The notes under the pieces: model-generated
What the model saw: only the letters and a program-made list of their open reading frames with translations
Database searches by the model: none
Told to the model about the DNA's origin: nothing
DNA from: Octopus sinensis
Taxonomy: Eukaryota
Length of the DNA stretch: 64,000 bases
Direction: 5' to 3'
Assembly: GCF_006345805.1 (NCBI RefSeq)
Contig: NC_043001.1
Coordinates: 49,352,001-49,416,000, forward strand
Position numbers and translations under genes: made by a program
Part shown: in pieces, positions 36,200 through 48,478 of the stretch
How positions within the stretch are numbered: the stretch's first letter is position 1
Layout: every line of letters starts with the position of its first letter

Positions 36200-37440
36200 A
36201 CCTAGTAGTTTCGTTCGACAGGTTTGTTAATAGAGGCAGTGCTGGGCCAAATCGCAGGGTCGATAAAGAATTCCCTTAGAAGATTCCTCTTCTTAAAGGT
36301 ATAATGCTAGTCTTAATTGCCTTTCTTTGTTGTGTAATGTGTTTTTCGTTAGAGCTGCTTTGTCTAAGAATAGGGTCCCTAGAATAATAGATACAGGAAA
36401 TACTCTGCATATGTGGGAATTGCTATTAAATCCTTTTTGGTAGTCAATTCAAGCCATACCAAGGTTTGTATTCTTCTAACTGTCTTCTGTGAGTTATCAG
36501 TACCTTTCTTTATTCAACGATACATTCCCTTTCAGCACTCTTTCTGTTTTTACAATTTATTGTTCTGTAGATATGTAGCTCTTTGTAATGTAATGTGGGA
36601 TATAAAGGCTTTGTATACTGGTAATTTGTTACAGGTTTATAGTTTTGTGATAACTTTCTAGGAGCAATCCCATGGTCATTCATGACCGAAGGGGGTCTCC
36701 TCCTATAGTTTTGTGGTATTCTCTGAGACGAAGTAGTGTAGGTTTCCTTCTACGGCATACAATCAGGTGTTGATTCTGGTTGGCTTATAGTTTCATTGAG
36801 AGGTGTTACTATTTATCCTTTGGTACTGATCAGGTGCTTTAGTCAGATATGAAGGACTTTCTTGATCCCAAGTGCTTTCCACTTGCTTGCAGCTCTTAAC
36901 GTATTGATGATTTCCTTGTCGGTTATGGTGGATCATATATGCAGTGTTAATAGGACTTTTTCTCGTCTTTTTGATCCATTGGGCATTTTTAATGTATTTA
37001 TTGTCTTGGCCCCGTATTACTTTTCAGCGCCCTTGGATTTCTGTTGGTGATGGTGTTGGTACTTTTAAGTCGAGTTTTTTTAGTATTTTATTGCAATACT
37101 TTATTCTCCTGGAAGAAGCGTTCATATTTCTCTTTTTCTTTTTGCTGCTATGTTTTGTTTGATCCATTCTTTTGCTTCTAAGATATCTTCTTGTAGTAAT
37201 CTGATTGTTTTGTTACCTTTTTGTTATCTGTTTTTTTTTCTCTTTTTCATGTTGGACCCCCACTTCCTTTTCTAGTTTGCAAAGTAATGATAGATCTTCC
37301 TTTCCTTTCTTAATTTATGTAATATTCTCGCCTTCCATTTTGTGGGATCAAGTTCGGTTTACTTCGATACAACTACTTCCGTTGAATAGAACAGATCATT
37401 CAAACTGTCAACATTAAGGTGGTTTGTTGCATTGGGTAAT
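36200..37440 (-). mobile_element. R4/Dong-clade RT fragment
   Basis: Minus strand ITDKEIINTLRAASKWKALG, NYKPVT, NLGMA.IDYQKGF, IIPLRRGIF; heavily decayed. Confidence 0.7.
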
Positions 37441-37479
37441 TTATTGTAAGCCCCTATTTTATTTATTTCTCTTTCATAA

Positions 37480-38500
37480 ACTCGTTTATTCTTTTGTACC
37501 TTGGGAAGGTGATGCAATTGATCTTCGTCCATTTCTATACTGATATTATTTTCATCTAATTATCTATTAGATTTAGAGCTTCCTCAAAATTATCCCTGAT
37601 AAATTTCCTGCGATATGTGTTTCATGATTATGCAATTCACTTTAATTCTCCGATTACTTCTGTTGAATATTCATATCGACCATGAGTTTCCTTAAGCTTT
37701 CAATGAGATTTAAAGCCGGAGATTCTGCTGGTTATTGGAATACGTTGACGTTCTTGCTTTTAATGGGTCCCTTGATTACTCTCGTGGGGATGCTTTGAAC
37801 CAAATGCTCATGTATATAGAAGTATAGTGTTTTTTGCGTTGTTCATGGTGTATGGACCAACCCCCTTTCTAGACATCACCAAGCATCACCATTGTCCCTC
37901 TCATGCTTAATTATCGGATTCATACATTCTCGATGAAATTCTACTGTACAACGTCGAACGTATACTTGACCATGAGAGCCGAACAAATAAAATTTCAGTC
38001 TGTTTGCATCCAATTCTATGTTCTTTAGAGAACTAAATATGGATACAATTCTTTTCCAGAGAACTATATATTTATTTAAATACTATACTTCTCACAAGTC
38101 CAAATATTTTAGTAGATTTTTGGTGGTTTTGAGGCTAATTTTCTGATGGTATTTCTGTCGAGCGTCATTCAAAATGTCAACGACAATTATTTTCCTTTTC
38201 TGCAGCGATAAAAATCAAGTGTATAGGCTAATCTTTTCGGTAGTTTATCGCTACTGCCCTGATTAAGAACGGCGAGAAAAGCTACTTGTTTCATAGTAAA
38301 TGTCCACTTGATAACCAATAATTACTGATCGCCCGGTTTCAGCAAGAATGGCTTAAAAGTTCATTTTAGTTTAGGCAATTGTCAATCGCATTTCTTATGG
38401 TAAACTTTGTTTTTTTCATTTATCAGTCATGACATATGTTAAGATGACAGAAATCAATTAGCTATTCATAGTTTGTCGTAAATAGAAAATAATATCGAAA
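37480..38500 (-). mobile_element. Old Tc1-like fragment
   Basis: Minus strand FYLFGSHGQVYVRR...ECMNPIIKH and PAESPALNLIESL. Confidence 0.6.
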
Positions 38501-39084
38501 ATTAAATTCGAAACATGTTTTATCTTAAATGCTTTTAAATTAGGTATCGTTCGACTTTGGAGGTCTTTCACTAATATTGTTAATTATTGGCTTATACGTC
38601 ATTTGAAATAGTAAAGAAACAAAAATTCTCTTCCTTGTTATGTTTAGTTTGTATTGTAAGTGATTAAGTGAAATAATTAGCGCTTAGTAAACATATTGTC
38701 CTTTACTTTAAACTAAGTGGTATATCTACATGTGTAAGCGTGGAGTATTTATTCATCCACACACACACACACTTAGGCACATACACACATACCTACCTAC
38801 CTACTTACCTACCTACCTACATACATACATACATACATACATACATACATACATACATACATACATACATACATACATACATACATACATACATAAAACT
38901 AGAGATTAGCAAAAAAGAAAACACTTACGCTGACCTATTGAGAAATCTGTTACTCTACCCGTATTACACATTTAGGTTTATACCTATAAATATTGTGGTA
39001 CACTGGGCTATGAAACAAACTGCCTAAGCACCAGTCTTGAGAAATTAGGCTTCTCAAAACCAGAAAGGGGAGAGTTAATTTATT

Positions 39085-39300
39085 CTTCTACTCTTTTATT
39101 TGTTTCACTCATTTGACTGCGGCTATGCTCGAACACCTCCTCGAAGAGCTTTTTGTCGAGCAGTTCGACCTCAGGGCTAATTTTTTAAAGACTAGTACTT
39201 ATTCAATCGGTCTCTTTGCCGAATCGCTAAGTGACGGAGATGTAAACACACCAACACCCGTTTCCAAGCGATGATGGGGGAACAAACACAAGCAAAAACA
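39085..39300 (-). mobile_element. SINE family A, 3' half
   Basis: ttgtttcactcatttgactgcggc...tgtaaacacaccaacac. Confidence 0.75.
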
Positions 39301-39321
39301 CAAGGATACACACATATATAT

Positions 39322-39369
<48 letters not shown>

Positions 39370-39383
39370 ATACATATGTAAGT

Positions 39384-39440
<57 letters not shown>

Positions 39441-40374
39441 CATAGAATATGGGAGTTTAGTTCCTTGTGATCTAAACGAATAGGTACGCTGAGTAAGTGC
39501 TGTAACGACTTATCAGGGTTCCAACCTCGTAACTGCAACGTGAGCAATGGATCAATTTTAGATATCCGATTTAGCAGATATATATTTGTGAAAGAGGACA
39601 ACAAACGCAGAGACATAACAAACATCTCAAGTTGTATACATTATTTTATATTATTCTTAAATTAGTTGAAGTTTTACAGCTGTTTCTGGGATACCCCTAG
39701 TGAAAGGCGTGTATGCCTGAATATGGGGTGTCCCGTCATCAGAGACAAGTAGAGAATATATGAAAGATCTAGACATGGAAATATTCAGATAAAAGATTTA
39801 GACCTAGAAAATTCGCAGATAATAAGCAATAAGATAAACGAGTAGATAGTAAGGAAATAAAGAAATAAAGCTCATAGTTCATCTTTCAGAGGATATGGAT
39901 GTTAGTCCGTATATCCTTAGGTAAAATCCAAGGTAAAGCCGGGTAGTATTACGGCAAAGTAGTGTGTTCACAGCATAAATATCTAGGCAATATTTTGGCA
40001 GAAATGGAATGGTGTATCCATATTGAAATGGCTGGTTTGTGAGAGAATGACCACAAAAATGGCTGTTAAGCAGAGTGGAGGGAGAAGTAGAATCTATATT
40101 TTTATATCTCTATTTTTATTCTTCTAACCAATCCTTGTGACCAGTCCTTACTAATACCCCGTCGCTTAGCTTCTCCTTCTCTCTATTCCCACAGACTACC
40201 CCCATTTCTCTCCCTCTCCTCATTAGCCTCTCGTTCCCTTTTTTTCTTTTCCTATTTCTCCCTTCACTCTGCTCAATAGCCACTTTTATGGTCATTCTCT
40301 CACAATATGAATACACCATTCCATTTCTGCCAAAATATTGCCTAGATATTTATGCGTAGGCCCCTGAGCAGGTA

Positions 40375-40424
<50 letters not shown>

Positions 40425-40430
<6 letters not shown>

Positions 40431-40582
40431 CGACGGCCTTCCGTCTATCAAATCCACTCACAGGGCTTTGGTTGGTCCAAGCTATAGTAGAAGACACTTG
40501 CCCAAGGTGCCACGTAGTGGGACTGAATCCGGAACCATGTGGTTGGGAAGCAAGCTTCTTATCACACAGCCACGCCTGCGCC
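40425..40582 (-). mobile_element. SINE family A, 5' half
   Basis: aaatccactcacagggctttggttgg...cacagccacgcctgcgcc. Confidence 0.8.
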
Positions 40583-41135
40583 TACACACACACATACATA
40601 CATCAAGCATGCATACATACATACATACATACATAATACATACATACATACATACATACATACATACATACATACATACATACATACATACATACATACA
40701 TAACATACATACATACATACATACATACATACATACATACATAATATAGTGCCATGTCATTCGCTCAATATATCATATCTGTTTCCCTTCTACTTAATAC
40801 AATATCATAAGAATGATAGATGATATATCATACAGTAATAGAAAAGACTACATGAATGACAGGAAAATATTAGACCATACTTTGAATGCGAAATTCAAAG
40901 TATGAAGGCTTTCATCCTATTTCCGACTTGCAAGCAGCCTTTGGCTGTTGGTCGGTGATGGGAAGCAGCTACGAAGTAGAATAGTTCTTATATAACATAT
41001 AACGTTAGTTGCATCCTTAACAAGTAATACTTCAAATAGAATAAACTTTCCTGATTAAACGTATTTAAACACACACACACACACCTATACACAGATATGT
41101 ATGTACTTATGTATTTATGTGTAGATTCATGTATG

Positions 41136-41465
41136 CATGGCTCAGTGGTTAGAGCGTCGAGCTTACGATCGTGAGGTTGTGAGCTCGAATCCCTGACCGG
41201 GCTGCGTGTTGTGTTCTTGAGCAAGACACTTTATTCCACGTTGCTCCAGTTCACTCAGCTGTAGAAATGAGTTGCGACGTCACAGGTGCCAAACTGTATC
41301 GGCCTTTGTCTTTCCCTTGGATAACACTGGTGGCGTGGAGAGGGGAGGCCGGTATGCATGGGCGACTGCTGGTCTTCCATAAAACAACCTAGCCCGGACT
41401 TGTGCCTGGGATGGTAACTTTCTAGGTGCAATCCCATGGTCTGTGTCGTGACCGAAGGAGGTCTC
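41136..41465 (+). mobile_element. tRNA-derived SINE family D with RTE-like body
   Basis: Head ggctcagtggttagagcg...gagctcgaatccc; body ggtgccaaactgtatcggcc resembles the RTE-type 5' UTR at 47460-47515; 3' tip recurs at 36650-36703. Confidence 0.75.
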
Positions 41466-42049
41466 ATGTATGTATTTATATTTAAATGCACGTACGCATG
41501 TATTTACGTATGCGGGCATGTATGTGCATATATGTACGTGATCTTCCTGTGTTAATTATTTGTATTTTCAATTGGTTTGTAACAAAAGGATAAATAGCCT
41601 TCGCTGCAATTTGGATAACGAAGATTAAGAATTAGAAAACTTCATTTTCGAAAAGTTTTGCAAAATTTTACTGTTCCGCTTACAAACTGTATTTTATAAA
41701 ATGCATGTTAGCTGGTCGCTTTCTTAGTTGAAAAACCTCAGTGGTTCACTTTGGTCTTTAGTAACATAACTGTATGCAGTAATAATTATTGGGGAAAATG
41801 AGCCCATGTAGTCTGGATAGAGAAGCTGTTTAGAAACAGCTGATAGTGAAATATTTTTTTCCACTAATTTTGAAAGAAACGTTTAAATCTGCAAGTCAGT
41901 TGACATTTATAACTGAACATAATTTTCTTTTCTGCCCAAAGAACTATATTAAGCACGGTATGTTCGTAATTACTTTACTTTTCTATGTTTATTTTTTTTC
42001 ATTGGTCTGTGGGGTGGGGTTAGAGGAAGGGACTGTGTCTCTAGTATTC

Positions 42050-42540
42050 GTAGTCTCTATAAGTTTGGCAAAAGTGATGCGGTTAATGTTCCTCTTTAAC
42101 AGTTGCATATGATGGGGATCGGGATTACAGAAGGAGAACGTTCCGAGAGGGAAGGGCTAAGAGTAGTGGTAAATGTTAAGGTGAGAGAAGGCCACAATAT
42201 AGTTAACGAGAAGAAGAGACGAATGAGTAGGATATGCCTGAATTGAGATTATTTCGGGTTTAGGAGCACAGGCCGCTGATAGTGGTAGAAATAGCAAGAA
42301 GAGAAGACAGCACGTTTAAGGGCTATAGTTTGAATGACATGATGTGAGATTTTGAATAATTTGATAAGAGATTTTATATAAATCAGTCTAGGTGGAATTT
42401 TGGGGATGTGATTTTTGATGCCGGTGTGTGTAGTAGTAGCACTGGTCCAGATGTGGAAGCAGTTATACGATATTGTGTGCTTTATCTGGACTTAGACAAA
42501 TTTTGAGGAGAATACTCTGTTAATACTCCTTGTATTCAAA
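42050..42540 (-). mobile_element. Highly decayed LINE RT fragment (I/Jockey-like); similar debris at 54400-54730
   Basis: Faint minus-strand RT motifs such as LNSGISYSF...GLLSP and YDNTAILY. Confidence 0.35.
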
Positions 42541-43104
42541 TGTATAATATATGTTTCCAATGTGTTATATTCATCCCAGGACAGATTTTCTCACAGCTGC
42601 TATGATATTTTCTTTTTTTAGCCCTTTGCTCGTATAAAGTATTTTTATAAGTTTGTCTAAACGTCCACACTTAATTTCAGATTTTTAGCTAACCCCTGTT
42701 TCTTACGTTCTTAGTAATATGAAGCTTTTCTTGCATATGTCCCAAGTAACTCTGGTGGCTGAAAAAAAATGGCAATATGTATCATATATGATGCATGGAC
42801 ACTAGGGATAAATGTCCTATGTATTGCACGTTGTACACAGGACTTAAAGGGTTAAAAAGAGTATGCTGCTTTAGAAGGTACTACCTTAATTATATTTTGG
42901 AGCAAGTGCTGATCGCATGTGTTATATTTTCCATAGAAATACAACTTAACAGTTTTGTTGGCATTTTGAAGGGTCGAAGGACTTCATTGTCTCCATTGTT
43001 CATTAAGTATTTTATAGATGTATGTATATATATGTATATATATATATATATATATATGTATATAATATAATATTCTTATTTGTTTTCTCTTTCCACTGTT
43101 GTAG

Positions 43105-43953
43105 CCACAGAAGCTTCTCCAGAAGTTATGGGAGTTTTTATGCTGCCAACAAGGTGTGAAGAGCTGCTGCGACTGTCACTGGTTTCAGGAGAAAAAGATC
43201 TCGAAAAGTGACATCCAGCATTCAGTGCATAATCCCCGTCTTGACTCGACGAGCAGTCATAGCGAGAGCGTCTCGTCACGGGATCGCGTCGACTCGATCG
43301 ACAGCCGTGCCCGTACAGACTCTACGTCGTCTACAGGAACGCTGATGAATGATTATCGACGCGCCGGTAAGACACCCATCATCGATATGAAACCGATAGA
43401 ATTCTGGGCAGCAAATCGCGAGAGCATTCAACCACGTCCAAAACGGCGTCATCCGAGTGAAGCGGAAATCAGCGTCGAAAACTTCCAGCGAGAACTGTAC
43501 GAGGTAAACAAAAGCGAGGGGTTAACCGATGAACAAAAACTAGTCAGGTATCAACTCGGTCAGATCCACTTCGGACTTCAGTATGATGTGTCAGAAAAGG
43601 TCCTTATGGTTAAAATTATCGAGGCTAAAGACTTACCGGCACCGTACTGCTTGGATAAGGAACGTCAAGATATGGCCCGGTCGAACCCTTACTGCAAGAT
43701 CTCCTTGCTTCCAGACCAAAAGAACTCGCAGCAGTCAACAGTACAGCGCAAGACACAGGACCCAACTTGGAACGAATACTTCATGTTTGAGATTCCTTAT
43801 AAGGAAGCTCAGATGAGAATTCTTGAGATTTTAGTCAAAGACTTTGATAAGTATTCCAGACATTGTGTTATTGGCCAATTCCACTTGGCACTCAACTCAG
43901 TCAAGTTAATCAAGGGTGGTCACATGTGGAAACCATTGTCACCAAGTTCAAAG
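43105..43953 (+). CDS. syt17: Synaptotagmin-17 (B/K protein) large internal exon: Cys-rich N-terminal region, linker and complete C2A domain
   Basis: Translation contains TPIIDMKPIEF, LTDEQKLVRYQLGQIHF, RQDMARSNPYCKISLLPDQKNSQQ, DFDKYSRHCVIG and IKGGHMWKPLSPSS. These match recalled vertebrate SYT17 motifs (SPLIDIKPIEF, LTDEEILSKYQLGMLHF, RQDMAHSNPYVKICLLPDQKNSKQ, DFDKFSRHCVIG, VKGGHWWKALIPSS). A polypyrimidine tract plus tag ends at 43104 (alternative cag at 43110). Donor AAG|gtaag at 43953, phase 0. Confidence 0.95.
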
Positions 43954-44210
43954 GTAAGAAAACCTTTTCAGTTTATTGTTTGTGCCTCTGCAATTGTTGT
44001 TACAGTTATTATTACTGTTCTTGTCGATGCTGTTAATGTGTAGTATTTTTGTGGTTGTTGTTGCTATTTGTGTTGTTGCTTCATTTATTATTTGTGTTGT
44101 AGCTGTGAGAATACATGGCCTAGTGGTTAGGGTGTTGCCCTCACGATCGTAAGACCCGGGTTTCAATTCCTGGACCGAGTGGTGCTTTGTGTTCTTGAGC
44201 AAAACACTCC

Positions 44211-44644
44211 ATCTCATGTTGCTCTGCAATCACTTCGATATCTGATATGTGGTGCACCGTACCACATGTGGCGCACCTGTTCGTTATAAAATGCAATCTC
44301 ATGTTGCTCTGCAATCACTTCTATACATGACATGTGGTGCACCGTATCACATGTGGTGCACCGTATCACATGTGGCGCACCTGTTCATTATAAAATGCAA
44401 TCTCATGTTGCTCTGCGATCACTTCGATACCTGACATGTGGTGCACCGTACCACATGTGGCGCACCTGTTCGTTATAAAATGCAATCTCATGTTGCTCTG
44501 CAATCACTTCGATACCTGACATGTGGTGCACCGTACCACATGTGGCGCACCATTCGTTATGAAATGCAATCTCATGTTGCTCTGCGATCACTTCGATACC
44601 TGACATGTGGTGCACCGTACACCCGTTCGTTATAAAATGCAATC
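44211..44644 (+). repeat. Minisatellite, five ~84 bp units derived from a SINE body
   Basis: The unit atctcatgttgctctgcaatcacttcgatacctgacatgtggtgcaccgtaccacatgtggcgcacctgttcgttataaaatgca directly follows a tRNA-SINE head at 44113-44210. Confidence 0.9.
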
Positions 44645-45039
44645 ATTTGTCCAATTTTTCAGCTAGAATCTGCAGACTTCAAGAGACTATCATCAGTTTT
44701 TTTTTATTAATTCTGCTGTATTGTGATTGGGGGTATTGATTCTTCTTATTATAGCGCTTGGTGCATCGTCTAGGGTAGAATACAATCGAAGTAACTGTAA
44801 TAATCTCTATATAAGTTGAAATAAGAGCTGCTATCGTGCTACTATAAGCATTACAACGAAATGCGTGTAAAACTGGCAATAGGCCCAGTTCAAATGTGAA
44901 ATGTAGCTGCCCGACCATTTCAACCAAACACTTATGATTTATGAGTGGATTACAAAAAAAAAAATATACACATACATTTACATACGCATATGTTTGTGTA
45001 TGTGTGTGTGCGTGTGTGCATGAATCTCTCTCTCTCTCC

Positions 45040-45085
<46 letters not shown>

Positions 45086-45166
45086 AAAAATTTACGGATT
45101 TTTTCTCTTACGAGGTTTTTCACGCTAACTACTGATAATTTCTTTTAAAGATTTTATCCTCAATTG

Positions 45167-45234
<68 letters not shown>

Positions 45235-45238
45235 CATA

Positions 45239-46487
45239 CAGGGGGCGATAAATAAATTGTATCGAGCTTACGCAGAAATGAAAATAACACGGTCATCTCA
45301 TTTTGACAGATATATTTACCAAAATAACATAGAAATATCTCGAAATACTAAAGAGTACATTTATTTATAAAAATTACTATTAGCATCAACCACGGCCTCC
45401 AGACGACTTCGGAATCTCCTGCAACTCTTCTGGACGGTCTCCTTGTTTAAGTTGGTGAATGCTGCCATAACCTTTGCCTTCAGTTCATCTTTGGTGTTAC
45501 AAGGAGTTTTGTTGATCTATCGCTCAACTGCACCCCACATATGATAACCAAGGGGGTTGTAGTCTGGGAAGTTAGGTGGCCAAATGTTAGGAGTGATGTG
45601 GTCGTAGAAATTGTCTGACAGTCATGACTGGGTTCTCCTGCTTGTGTGGCATGGTGCAGAATCCTGTTGCAAAACATAGGGTGTTCCAGCTGCTACCCTC
45701 TTGACCCAGGGCAGCACAACTTCCTCCAGGCACTTAATGTAGGCTTCCGTGTTGATGTTGATTGGATGTTTGATTTTTATCACTCTCGGTAATGTTTTGG
45801 GGACACGGCAAGCCAACGGTTGTTCTGTGTGTTCACTATCTGATCCTGGCAGAATTTTTTTCGATGAGAAAAGCCAAAGCATGTTCGATTGGAGGGGTTG
45901 CTTGAGTTTGTTTAAAAACTTCGTAGCGCGGTCTTACCTCTTGTCCTTGATGGCTTTGCATAAAAAGTGATCCGTTCTCATCTTGTATGAGGAATACCGA
46001 ATGTCTTTATGGGCCGCCTGCCTGATAAGAAACTCAGACACTCTCATGTCCCTGGGAATGGACCTGATTGGCTTGGAAGGATTGTTGTCAATCATGGTCT
46101 GGACCTCACCAACAAATCAGAACGATCAGAGTAATTTTTCCGTGCTGCCGTACTTTCGTAATCACTATTAGACTCTTATAGAATCCTTTGCACTGTCCTC
46201 AGATTGGCACTCAAACACTGAAATGTTAGTATTGGAGCTTCTGGCGCAAATCCCAAGTAGCATAACATGTCGTTTCCAAATTGCTGGCAGAGTGAATTGT
46301 GTCATGATGCTGTTTTTCTCACAGACAGTGCTCAACTGACCCTATTATATTGTGTAGTCGACAAAATAAAAAATAAGGAATGCGTATGAGGGAAATTAAA
46401 AATATAAATCTATCTATCTAGGTCGTCCTTCAGGATGCAACCCCACAAAAATATATAAATTGGCGACAATTTACCCATCGCACCTTG
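45239..46487 (-). mobile_element. maT/DD37D transposon, decayed
   Basis: TIRs cagggggcgataaataaattgt / caaggtgcgatgggtaaattgtcg. QQDSAPCH...WPPNFPDYNPLG gives a spacing of 37, with the final Asp mutated to Gly. Confidence 0.85.
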
Positions 46488-47199
46488 TGTATATGTACAC
46501 ACACACACACACACACACAAACACACACAAACACACACACACACACACACACTCACATTTGTAGTATTTATGATAATATACTTACTAATAACAGATGAGG
46601 ATAAACAAATTGGAAAGATTTATAAAAGTTAGACTTTTCCTACCAAACTTCCATTCCGTTTTCTCTAACAAAGTTAGACATAGTATCTCTTAAAATTACA
46701 AGCTTCCACTTTCTGGCCTAATTACAACGGCACTGTAACTACCACCATATAACCATAGTTGCTGAAACAGCACTATATTAATTACCCCAACAGCCCTATT
46801 AATACTACCTCATTACAATAAGCACTACAACGTTACTATAGCCACCATCACATCCCTTTGCCGTTCAAGAATTTGGACCTGGAGATCTCCATTTCCAGCG
46901 ACTTCGAGGGCCACCTCCCAGTGGTGTCGGGCGTCAAAGAAGAGCCCTCGACTACATCAAGATGACCAAAGTTTTTTTTTCCAAGGTCTTCTCGCCCCTA
47001 AGCCCTAGACCATCACCTAATCACCCTTACCCGTCTAGTTGCTTAACAACAACAACAACAACAATCACACCCCTTTAGCCTTAACCATTACATCATTATA
47101 GCTACTACTAGACTACTTTACCTACTAGCATCTTACTATTTTTAATACTGTACCGCTACAAAGTACTGAGTATGATGACTTCAAATTTCATCCAACAGT

Positions 47200-47520
47200 G
47201 GAACCCTGTTTTGAGGAGTACGGGATTACCTCTTAGCCGCTATTGACACCCAGGTCTATTCGGACACAGAGTAATACCACCTGTAAGGGTCGTAACTATG
47301 GGTTAATAAGTGAGGCAGTTGGGCAGATGGAGACTAGGTGGATGGCAACCTATCTAGGGGAAGGAAAACCCTAATTCCGAATCTCTGCTGTTTTGCGCCT
47401 ATTGCCAGTCATGGAAAAGGCTTCGGGAGATGGAGCTTCCTCGGGTAGTTCGATGTTGTCTACAACCTCGTTCTGGCAACATGTGCAACGGCGCTGACGC
47501 CAAAGTGTAACGGACATTTT
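47200..47520 (+). mobile_element. Probable RTE-clade LINE 5' UTR fragment
   Basis: ggatggcaacc...ctaggggaaggaaaacc...gttcgatgttgtctacaacctcgttctggcaac, resembling RTE 5' UTR sequence as recalled. Confidence 0.45.
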
Positions 47521-47781
47521 TTTTTTCTTTTGCATCCATTAGTAGCAAGGAGAGAGAGGGGAGGGGGACTTGCTGCAAGGGTAACTCTCTGTCCTTCGTA
47601 CCATACTGCTCTGGCTAGAATTGTATCGAACATCCTATACAAGAAGCATACCACAACACCCCAAACAACAATGGGACGTCCTACAACTCCGACTTGTTTA
47701 GCAAAGACTGACGTTAACGCATCGAACTGTTCAGCTACGAACAACTACGAGATTCATTTATTGTCATTAATGCCAGTCTGA

Positions 47782-48478
47782 AGGTGGCGTGCTGGCAGAA
47801 GCGTTAGCACACTGGGCAAAATGCTTTGCAGCATTTCGTCTGTCTCCACGTCTTGGGTTCAAATTCCACTGAGGTCAACTTTGCCTTTCATCCTTTCGGG
47901 GTCGATAAATTAAGTACCAGTTACGCACTGAGGGCGATGTAATCGACTTAATCCCTTCGTCTATCCTTGTTTGTCCCCTCTATGTTTAACCCCTTGTGGG
48001 CAATAAAGAAATAAGAAGCGTTAGCACGCTGAGCAAAATAAATTACAGCATTTCGTCTGTCTGTACGTTTTGGGTTCAAATTCCGCCGAGGTCGACTTTG
48101 TCTTTCATCCTATCGAGGTCGATAAAATAAGTAGCAGTCAAGTACTGGGGTCTATGTAATTGACTTGGCCACCCCTGCAAAATTTCAGGCCTTGTGCTTA
48201 TAGTAGAAAGAGATAATGAGAGACGGAGGTCACCGATTGATACCGAGGTGGCGAGCTGGCAGAATCGTTAGCACGCCGGGCGAAATGCTTAGCGGTATTT
48301 CGTCTGCCATTACGTTCTGAGTTCAAATTCCGCCGAGGTCGACTTTGTCTTTCATCCTTTCGGGGTCGATAAATAAAGTACCAGTTTTGCACTGGGGTCG
48401 ATCTAATCGACTTAATCCGTTTGTCTGTCCTTGTTTGTCCCCTCTATGTTTAGCCCCTTGTGGGCAATAAAGATATAT
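47782..48478 (+). mobile_element. Three consecutive SINE family B copies
   Basis: About 47782-48014 (tail 1), 48015-48192 (5'-clipped, tail 2) and 48246-48478 (tail 1). Confidence 0.85.

Noticed and set aside
36735-36780. Minus-strand cctgattg...gaaacc hammerhead-like motif
   Set aside because: Lies in the R4 coding frame (TPDW...EG..T motif); core not conserved.
44211-44644. CRISPR-like regular repeats
   Set aside because: Eukaryotic context, whole units repeated with no unique spacers, no cas genes; a SINE-derived minisatellite.
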